A DNA stretch of 24,659 nt from assembly GCA_016840065.1 (NCBI GenBank), contig JAEOTB010000047.1, forward strand, positions 1-24,659. The letters are read 5' to 3'. Each line of letters begins with the position of its first letter. Within the stretch, counting starts at the first letter, position 1. This document shows, one piece after another, positions 17,691 to 24,659 of this stretch. Both the position numbers and the translations under genes were made by a program. The notes under the pieces were generated by a model. That model made no database searches. It was not told where the DNA came from and saw only the letters and a list, made by a program, of their open reading frames with translations. The DNA comes from Candidatus Hermodarchaeota archaeon (GTDB lineage Archaea > Asgardarchaeota > Hermodarchaeia > Hermodarchaeales > Hermodarchaeaceae).

Positions 17691-18491
17691 ATGCTTCAAA
17701 CAGGTGTGTACTATCTTTGGTTGCCTAAAGCCTACCCCAGCAGAAGTTTTGGTCAGTCAATCACACAGCACGTTTTTGTAGGCTCTTATCAAAGGTTTGA
17801 TAACTCGGATCAGAAAGCCTTGGCAAAAATGCTAGTAAATATCCAACGCGTACCTTGGGGTTTTGCTTGCAGGTTTCAACCAAATTTTCCGCAGCTTCCA
17901 TCAAAGAGTATAACTATTGATAATCAACTGGAGACCGTTAAAGAGTGTGTAAAGAGGCACGCTCAATACCACGAATTTTCACTCGCTCTTCGCCCCCTAG
18001 AGCTGCTCCAATTCTGGTCAGAAGAACTTCGTAATCTTATCGATCAATACCTCGAAGTTGAAGAGCTGGTCTATCATGGAGGATTGAAACGGAAATGTAA
18101 ATGGCTAGTGAAATTCGTTGAGGAAAGGAACATTGACCTTGTAAATGAAGGGGTTCAATTTAGAGCCAATAAGACTGGTCTGAGCCAGTACCGTCGATAT
18201 GGGTCTCCTCAACTCTACCCCTTTGGAGGCCCACAAATCGAGTTAATATTATCAAAGGAATTCCAAAACCCAGAAATTGAATATGTGCTCCAGCGCCTTT
18301 CTGTAACTCCAATACCAGTTGTACGTCACCACAGGAGAAGGTCAGAAGAGGAAGGCCGTTTGCGAGTACAAGCACCGGATATCGTCTTATTCTATCCTGT
18401 CTTTCAAGCGCTAATTCCGGGTTTAGAAGAATATGTCAACGAGTTAGGGCTCAGAAAAATGATAGATGAAAGGTGGAGGATGTATCATTGA
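17691..18491 (+). CDS. hypothetical protein, gene 1 of the MoxR-vWA operon
   Basis: 266-aa ORF with GAGG SD. Its stop overlaps the next start (TTGA). No family recognised. Confidence 0.78.
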   Translation: MLQTGVYYLWLPKAYPSRSFGQSITQHVFVGSYQRFDNSDQKALAKMLVNIQRVPWGFACRFQPNFPQLPSKSITIDNQLETVKECVKRHAQYHEFSLALRPLELLQFWSEELRNLIDQYLEVEELVYHGGLKRKCKWLVKFVEERNIDLVNEGVQFRANKTGLSQYRRYGSPQLYPFGGPQIELILSKEFQNPEIEYVLQRLSVTPIPVVRHHRRRSEEEGRLRVQAPDIVLFYPVFQALIPGLEEYVNELGLRKMIDERWRMYH

Positions 18492-19681
18492 CAATCGATC
18501 TAAAACCTGCGCTCCTAACTTCAAAGGATTTTGTAAAAGACCAGCAACTCCTTATTGAGGCCGATTTAAGCATTCATCCCTTTCAAGGAAACATCGTTTG
18601 CTGGCAGGAATCTTGGTCAAAGGAACTGAAGCCTCTACGAATATTCTCATTCTCTAGAGAATCTCATCTCCTCTCCTCTGTTTTACCTGGCGATTTAATA
18701 CTGTGCAACTTCCAGAGCCTCTATAACTCTCTGGGGGGCAAAGTAGTCAAGATAACTGAAAAAATTGAGACACTCGACCAGCTCACTAAGCTTCTTGAGG
18801 AAAATTCATCCCTCAGAATCCTTGCCTGGGATAATGGACTAGAACCTGATTCGCCACTTTTTCTTGCCCGCGACTTCATGAATGCTAGAAAGGAAATCGA
18901 ATCAGGTAAAGCCCTTTCGTCTACGTTCTTGTTTAATTTCCTGAACCTATTCAGCCGAATAACTCAGCTGGACCGCTCTCAGATTCTCTTCCATGGATTG
19001 AAAATTAAATTAATCGATAAAATTGTCTCTTCCTTGAATTCTGAGTTTATTGAAAAGCTGGTTAACCTCCTAGACGAGTATGACCTCTCTACGAAAACCC
19101 CTCTCCTCTATCTATTAGACATCGTTGCTGGACCTTTAAGGAAAACAGCACCCACATATCGACCTAGCCTTGACATTGGCAGTCGCCTGGAAAAGGCTTT
19201 CACCACTCGTAAAGGGGAAAAGCGGGTCAAACGGCTTCGAAGTATATTCATCAGTGATTTCAAATCCTGGCTAGTGAAACATAGTACACGGGATTTGGAT
19301 TTGAAACACCTCACTGAGGAGTATAATGCCCTCAAGGAAACAATTCTCGAAATGAAAACAGGCGAAGTCGAACAGGCAGTGATTTTCGTTCGAGGAAAAA
19401 TCAAGAGAGAGTATCACATCACCTCTCTTCGTGAAAGTTCCCTAGGAAGGAGGCTCTTAATGATAACCAAAGTGTCTGACCGGAAGATTTGGGTCGACCA
19501 AGAAACATTCAACCTAATCAAGGCTGCTGTGAAGCGGCTAAAAATGACTCTAGTAGTCAAACCATACCCCAAACCGAAAAGAAAACGAGGTAGTAAACAA
19601 TGCCAGAAGGAGAACCAGGCTCAACCCGAGCAAAAGGATCAAAGAGAAGGAAATCAAGAAGGTCCGAACCGGATTTCTTAG
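18488..19681 (+). CDS. hypothetical protein, gene 2 of the MoxR-vWA operon
   Basis: About 397 aa. GGAGG at 18475-18479 favours TTG 18488, which overlaps the upstream TGA. Basic C-terminal tail. No family recognised. Confidence 0.8.
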   Translation: MTIDLKPALLTSKDFVKDQQLLIEADLSIHPFQGNIVCWQESWSKELKPLRIFSFSRESHLLSSVLPGDLILCNFQSLYNSLGGKVVKITEKIETLDQLTKLLEENSSLRILAWDNGLEPDSPLFLARDFMNARKEIESGKALSSTFLFNFLNLFSRITQLDRSQILFHGLKIKLIDKIVSSLNSEFIEKLVNLLDEYDLSTKTPLLYLLDIVAGPLRKTAPTYRPSLDIGSRLEKAFTTRKGEKRVKRLRSIFISDFKSWLVKHSTRDLDLKHLTEEYNALKETILEMKTGEVEQAVIFVRGKIKREYHITSLRESSLGRRLLMITKVSDRKIWVDQETFNLIKAAVKRLKMTLVVKPYPKPKRKRGSKQCQKENQAQPEQKDQREGNQEGPNRIS

Positions 19682-20568
19682 AACTATTCGAAAGCGCTAC
19701 AATTACAAGAGAAAAAGCGCATAGTGATAACCTAGTCCTAGAAGGGCAGTACGAGGTGGCTTACGAGGCGATAATGGATGCATACAATGCTGAACTCTAC
19801 GCGGGTCTTATTGGCCCCGTAGGTGTGGGAAAAACAATCCTCTGTAGACGGATAGCTGAGGATCTTAAGCGAGGTTTCTATTGGGTCACTTTCAGTGATC
19901 TCATCCGTCCCTCTACTCTCATTGGGTCCTTTGACCCTACTCTAGTGTTCAAGATTGGTTACTCACCTGAATCTTTCGTCCCAGGACCCTTCACTCTTGC
20001 CTGCTTGGGGGGTAGCGTTTTTCTAGCAAACGAGTTGAACCGAGGGGATGAATATGTACTGAACTCTCTGCTTGACGCTCTTGAGGAAAGACGTTTGTAC
20101 ATACCTCAGCTACGAACCTGGGTGAAGGTCCATAAAGACTTCTTCTTCATCGCTGCTATGAACCCGCTAGAATTCAAAGGAACGCGAGATCTACCACAAG
20201 CTGTTAAAGACCGAATCAAGGTCTGGTGCCGTCTAGTGTATCCCTCCCGTAAGATTGAAGAAAAAATCGTCCGGTCCCATTGCCCTGAGGCGGAGCTATC
20301 TTCAACCGCTTTGGACCTTATCCTTACCCTTATTGAGAAATGTCGTTCCTCCCATCAAATCGAGAAACCACCAAGTATACGCACAAGTATAGGAATCGCT
20401 AAAATGCTTGCAGCAAGAAAGAAGCGCTTCAAACTAGAGGATGCACCAAATGAGCTGATAGCAGAAGTTGCATCCTTGGTACTCCCTGAGTCAATCGAGG
20501 TCCTGCCTGGTCAAGACCCGAATAACATCGTGAGAAACCTGTGCGTTGAGGTGCTCGGGTTTGGGTAG
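19600..20568 (+). CDS. MoxR-type (CoxD-like) AAA+ ATPase
   Basis: Walker A GPVGVGKT, LIGSFDP..FVPGP, Walker B variant VFLANELNR, NSLLDALEER, FIAAMNP, Arg finger LPQAVKDR and sensor-2 PPSIR. Confidence 0.93.
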   Translation: MPEGEPGSTRAKGSKRRKSRRSEPDFLELFESATITREKAHSDNLVLEGQYEVAYEAIMDAYNAELYAGLIGPVGVGKTILCRRIAEDLKRGFYWVTFSDLIRPSTLIGSFDPTLVFKIGYSPESFVPGPFTLACLGGSVFLANELNRGDEYVLNSLLDALEERRLYIPQLRTWVKVHKDFFFIAAMNPLEFKGTRDLPQAVKDRIKVWCRLVYPSRKIEEKIVRSHCPEAELSSTALDLILTLIEKCRSSHQIEKPPSIRTSIGIAKMLAARKKRFKLEDAPNELIAEVASLVLPESIEVLPGQDPNNIVRNLCVEVLGFG

Positions 20569-23143
20569 CATCGACCTGGAAAACCTCTTCGAATCCCTCC
20601 CGCCCCCAATCTTTGCAGCGCAGTTCTGTGACTTGATGCGTAACCAACCTGATATTGAGAGTGCTGTGAGTACCAGACAGGCCATAGCTATCACTAAGCT
20701 CTTAATGGCAACTTGCTTCCGTAAAGGAAACCTTAACCTGCTTCCCGAAGACTACATTCGTGCAGCAATTATCTCAACAGTACCCGAGCTACAAGAAGTC
20801 GCCGAACAAGTCGTTCTCAACATCTTGTTCCCTCGCCTTAGAGAAATCGAGGAAGATACCATCACCCAATTTGGAGGTAAAGGTAAAGGAAGCCATCCAG
20901 GACAGATATCCGCAGATGCGACTGTTCCAGAGAAGATGGAGAAGGATCTGTCAACAGATGTCCTGGAGGGTCTCTCTGATTTTCTTAGTGAGGTAGCACC
21001 CGATTTTGACTCAAGAGGAGTACAACCCTCAGGAGGACAATCTCAAGATGAACAGACTGATGAGCTAGACTTCTTTTTTCTCGCTAATGGAGAGTGGAAG
21101 GCTGGCCGACAACCCTTCAAAAGTTTGCTAGATACCCTAGATAGCCAAACTGATATTCTTTACAGACAAATTCAGAACCTTCCCCAGTTAACCCAGTACG
21201 TGAAGCAACGGATGATGCCCTCGATAAACCAGCTCTCAAGGACAGACCTTGCCGCAATTCCCCACGCAGATGTATCCAACGAAATAATGCAGAAAACGAA
21301 AAACCCTGTTGAACAAGCTCTAGCCCAGCACGCGGTAAAACAAACTAGTGGATTCAAGGAAACCTCTCAACAGATACTTTCTGATAGTCCTGTAGATTAT
21401 ACTAGGATGGCTCGCGCCCTTTCCGAATCAGGAAGCATAACCAAGGAAACATTCCAGGAAATGGTAGAAACTGCGGCTCAACAGGCTAAAACCAGCTCAG
21501 AAATCTACAACATCATTAAGACGGCAGAGACCCTAACCCCAAAAATGAAAGAGAAACTGTTTGACATGATTGGGAAAGAGCCTTCCCTTACCAAGGCACT
21601 AGAGATAGCTTCTTCCCTAGAGAAACTTCCCTCAATTACTGACCCCATTCTTATGGACTTCCTCAAACAAACTCTCTCCAAACCTGAAACTGCTTCGAAA
21701 ATCTCCTTCAGAACCTTACCCTATATACCCTTTTACAGCAAAGATATCGAGAATGCTGTGGAAAGGGCCTTCCAAAAGGAAATGAGTAAATTACAGGAAG
21801 CTAAGCGCCCTGGAGATTTCAGCGAACTTTACGATGAAATAATGGACACACGAGACCGAACACAGAATGCTTATTATCAAAAAGTCCTCAAAGATCTTCA
21901 AAACCAAACTGGTAATGAGTGGCTCCAGTCAATCACCTCCCCAAAGAGTTTCTTAAACGTGGGACACCAACTGGCCCGACAGAAGCTAGAGTTCGATGAA
22001 GAGAAAGTGATGTCTCATGGATTAGAGATTGGCTGCAACAAGGAAGAGATTAACGAGTTCCTGTATTCCAGTTTTGAGAAATTCCTCAAGGCAATCAAAG
22101 AGGGCACCAGAGATGCTCGGGGGTACACAACCGCCCTTAAGCGATTAAAGCTCAAGCCTGACCAGATGCAACAAGCAATGGATACAGCTTTTCAAAGTGA
22201 GAACAGGGAGGCACTTGCTGCTTTTGCTAGCCAAGACCTCGCTACCATGACACAACAAGCTGCAAAGAGCGGGAATTCGCAAAAACTAGATTTACTCCTT
22301 TCTTCCCTCTCTGCGGGATCTGGAGAGGACCTCCTCAGGCAATGGTTCATACACAGGGACAGGATTCCAAGTCAAGCTCGGGAAAAACTTAGGCGCGTTC
22401 TAAGAAAGATTGTTATTGCTACAGCAATGGATATGGCCCGCATGAGGCTTGGCTCTGCAGAAGACGGGCTCATGGTAGCGAACACGATTCGACCCTACCG
22501 AGACGGAGACGAGTTTGACCAAATCGACATTGAAGGAACCCTTGATGGGATAATTTCAATGGGTAAGGATCTCACTCAGATTGTGCCAGAAGATTTGATG
22601 ATGCATGAACGAAAGAGGGGAAGAGTAGCTCTACTCGTTCTCCTCGATGTGTCAGGTTCTATGAGCGCTGTAGAGCGACTCTCCTACTGTGCCCTTTTGG
22701 TCACCCTGCTTATTTCCCGTCTAAAAGAACAGGAAATTGCCATCGCTCTATTCGAATCAAATACACACGTGATTATGGAGTTTGAGGAAGAAAAACCGGA
22801 AATAGAAAAAATTATCGATCAACTCCTTGAAATTAGAGCTAGGGGTGGTACCGTTGTTAACCGAGCACTTGCTTGGGCATTAAAACAATTCCAGAAGGTC
22901 GAAGCGGAAAAAACCTACTTTGTGGCCTTGAGTGATTTCATACTTTCTAGAGAAGTTGGTACTGATGCGTCATTTCATGGAATCTTGAAATTCAAACCAA
23001 AGACATACCTTATCGCACCTGCTAAGAATATTCAAGGAGCAGAAATCAAGATGTGGCAGAAAGCTCTGAACGCTTCTGCTGTAACTCTCAAATCAGAAAG
23101 GGACATCATCGATATTGTGTGCAAGATAATATCCAGTCGCTAG
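20561..23143 (+). CDS. large vWA (MIDAS) domain protein, MoxR partner
   Basis: C-terminal vWA: IRPYRDGD..IDIEGTL, LLDVSGSM, GGT and LSDF. GAGGTG SD at 20548-20553 favours TTG 20561, which overlaps the MoxR 3' end. Confidence 0.9.
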   Translation: MGSIDLENLFESLPPPIFAAQFCDLMRNQPDIESAVSTRQAIAITKLLMATCFRKGNLNLLPEDYIRAAIISTVPELQEVAEQVVLNILFPRLREIEEDTITQFGGKGKGSHPGQISADATVPEKMEKDLSTDVLEGLSDFLSEVAPDFDSRGVQPSGGQSQDEQTDELDFFFLANGEWKAGRQPFKSLLDTLDSQTDILYRQIQNLPQLTQYVKQRMMPSINQLSRTDLAAIPHADVSNEIMQKTKNPVEQALAQHAVKQTSGFKETSQQILSDSPVDYTRMARALSESGSITKETFQEMVETAAQQAKTSSEIYNIIKTAETLTPKMKEKLFDMIGKEPSLTKALEIASSLEKLPSITDPILMDFLKQTLSKPETASKISFRTLPYIPFYSKDIENAVERAFQKEMSKLQEAKRPGDFSELYDEIMDTRDRTQNAYYQKVLKDLQNQTGNEWLQSITSPKSFLNVGHQLARQKLEFDEEKVMSHGLEIGCNKEEINEFLYSSFEKFLKAIKEGTRDARGYTTALKRLKLKPDQMQQAMDTAFQSENREALAAFASQDLATMTQQAAKSGNSQKLDLLLSSLSAGSGEDLLRQWFIHRDRIPSQAREKLRRVLRKIVIATAMDMARMRLGSAEDGLMVANTIRPYRDGDEFDQIDIEGTLDGIISMGKDLTQIVPEDLMMHERKRGRVALLVLLDVSGSMSAVERLSYCALLVTLLISRLKEQEIAIALFESNTHVIMEFEEEKPEIEKIIDQLLEIRARGGTVVNRALAWALKQFQKVEAEKTYFVALSDFILSREVGTDASFHGILKFKPKTYLIAPAKNIQGAEIKMWQKALNASAVTLKSERDIIDIVCKIISSR

Positions 23144-23220
23144 CTGATATTTGCATATGAACCAGGAATTAGTGATGTTGGGGGTCCTTGAAAGTGTGTA
23201 AGAGGGAAAGAATCATATAC

Positions 23221-23238
23221 TATTCTATCAATAGAATA
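23221..23238. promoter_or_regulatory. perfect palindrome, likely PadR autoregulatory operator
   Basis: TATTCTAT-CA-ATAGAATA between a TATA-like CATATA and the PadR ATG 7 nt downstream. Confidence 0.7.
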
Positions 23239-23245
23239 TTCTTGT

Positions 23246-23800
23246 ATGAGAATAGCTCAAGAGCCCACACCAGCCGAAGTAGCAATTCTTGGACTAGTAA
23301 ACGAAGGCGAAACACATGGCTACGGCATCAACCAAACCATCGAGGAAAGAGGCATGCACATCTGGACCGCGATAGGCTTCTCATCAATTTATGCAATCCT
23401 CCAACGACTAGAGAAAGCTAGGCTCATCAGAGGCCGTCGTGACAAAACGGAGAGACTGCCCGCGCGAAAACTCTACCGAATCACCAGCGAAGGAAGAAAA
23501 GCACTACAAAGGGCACTCAAGCTGTATCTATCAGAACCTGACCGCCCTCGCTTCCGTGTTGACCTAGGGGTTGCGAACCTCTATCTACTCCCAAAAGAGG
23601 AAGCTATCAAATGTTTAGAGGCTTACTGTGCTAATCTTCGTGATAAAATCAACGCCCTCGACAGACGGGTAGAGGAATTGAAACCACTGGATTTCATAAC
23701 TGAGGCAGTCTTTGACCACGCGCTAGGCCATCGTCATGCTGAACTCGGCTGGGCGGAGACCCTACTTAAGAAATACCGAAAACAACCAACTGGGGTTTGA
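23246..23800 (+). CDS. PadR-family transcriptional regulator (long subfamily)
   Basis: ILGLV-x3-THGYGI, SSIYAILQRLEKARLI, RKLYRITSEGR and a helical C-terminus ending AELGWAE. Confidence 0.93.
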   Translation: MRIAQEPTPAEVAILGLVNEGETHGYGINQTIEERGMHIWTAIGFSSIYAILQRLEKARLIRGRRDKTERLPARKLYRITSEGRKALQRALKLYLSEPDRPRFRVDLGVANLYLLPKEEAIKCLEAYCANLRDKINALDRRVEELKPLDFITEAVFDHALGHRHAELGWAETLLKKYRKQPTGV

Positions 23801-23802
23801 GA

Positions 23803-24659
23803 ATGAGTAATCGATACATGATTGAGGATTTCAACTTCTTCGGAGGAATACATTGTGAAACCTGTGCAGTACGCAAAGTATTCCAATACAATGACCTCCC
23901 TGTATCTGAAGAGATGCTCTTTGGTCTAGCTGGAGGAATCGGGTTCATCTATTGGTATATGAAGATGATGCCTGCCCCTCTGGTTGGTGGAAGGGGCGGA
24001 GGCCGATACTTCATCGAAAACATCGGAAAGCGAACAGGAGCAGTAATTCAGCCTCAAAGGACTACAAGCGCGAAACGGGGTCATACACGACTCGTAGAAA
24101 GATTAAGCGCTGGGCAACCGACTGTGATCTATGCGGATATGGCTTACCTGCCTTACATGGGAGTCCCAGAGGATGCACACTTTGGGCAACATGTCATTGT
24201 TATCTATGGTATCGATGAAGCTGACAATAAGGTGTATATCTCTGACCGGGGAAATCGAGGTGTTACAATCACAGTGGAGGAGTTGAAGCAAGCTAGGGGT
24301 TCCAAGTTTCCTCCATGGCCGCCTCAGCATGCCTTATTTGATATCCAGCTGCCAAAGAAATTACATATAACACCAACTGTGTTGAAGCAGGCGCTTAGAC
24401 AATGTGTGGATGGGATGATAAATCCGCCAATAAGCAACATCGGGTTGAAGGGGATGCAGAAGTGGGCAAAGCTCCTCCTCAAATGGCCTGAGATGTTCCC
24501 GGGGCGTAGGCTTTGGGACTGTCTTATGCAAGGCTTCATCTACATCGAGACTGGAGGTACTGGAGGAAGCTCTATGCGCCCAATGTTTACGAGATTTCTT
24601 GCAGAAGCAAGGGATATCCTTAGAGAGCCAGAGATTGATTCCGTGATTGAGAAGTATAA
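23803..24659 (+). CDS. BtrH N-terminal / DUF4872-like papain-fold protein (partial, runs off the window; absent from the ORF track)
   Basis: ATG 23803 is open to the edge: MSNRYMIEDFNFFGGIHCETCA...SEEMLFGLAGGIGFIYW...DMAYLPY...HFGQHVIVIYGIDE...ISDR...IETGGTGG. Cys/His/Asp triad candidates are present. Confidence 0.88.
   Translation, partial: MSNRYMIEDFNFFGGIHCETCAVRKVFQYNDLPVSEEMLFGLAGGIGFIYWYMKMMPAPLVGGRGGGRYFIENIGKRTGAVIQPQRTTSAKRGHTRLVERLSAGQPTVIYADMAYLPYMGVPEDAHFGQHVIVIYGIDEADNKVYISDRGNRGVTITVEELKQARGSKFPPWPPQHALFDIQLPKKLHITPTVLKQALRQCVDGMINPPISNIGLKGMQKWAKLLLKWPEMFPGRRLWDCLMQGFIYIETGGTGGSSMRPMFTRFLAEARDILREPEIDSVIEKY

Noticed and set aside
19568-19590. PKPKRKR as an NLS recognised by an importin-like HEAT protein
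   Set aside because: PBS-lyase HEAT repeats are common in prokaryotes and short basic tails arise easily. There is no evidence beyond resemblance.
1-24659. CRISPR arrays, tRNA/rRNA, transposases, integrases
   Set aside because: No regularly spaced repeats, cloverleafs or mobile-element motifs were seen by eye.

Overview
This is an archaeal chromosomal window with about 20 densely packed genes and frequent TTG/GTG starts. The archaeal-type FEN-1 with a PIP box and the TATA-like promoters support an archaeal origin. A RING-like domain suggests an Asgard-type or related lineage, which is inference only. The left part holds two tandem paralogous small membrane proteins with duplicated leaders and terminators, FEN-1, a coiled-coil/Zn-ribbon protein, a CoA-disulfide reductase/NADH oxidase family flavoprotein, a SAM methyltransferase and a double Zn-ribbon protein. 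The middle holds GNAT-TPR, an amidohydrolase, an M28 peptidase with a ~90-aa insertion, and a divergent repair-like cluster (AlkD-like / TIGR04076 / SPL-like radical SAM with a PolX-8kDa-like tail). The right part holds the best candidate for an undescribed system. A 1182-aa HEAT-TPR-RING-like protein is divergent from a translationally coupled four-gene operon: two orphans, a MoxR/CoxD-like AAA+ ATPase, and a giant vWA protein whose N-terminus resembles a second AAA+ lid. The window ends with PadR (perfect palindromic operator) and a truncated BtrH-like gene missing from the ORF track. I saw no rRNA, tRNA, CRISPR array or mobile element. All family calls come from motif recognition by eye, not database searches.
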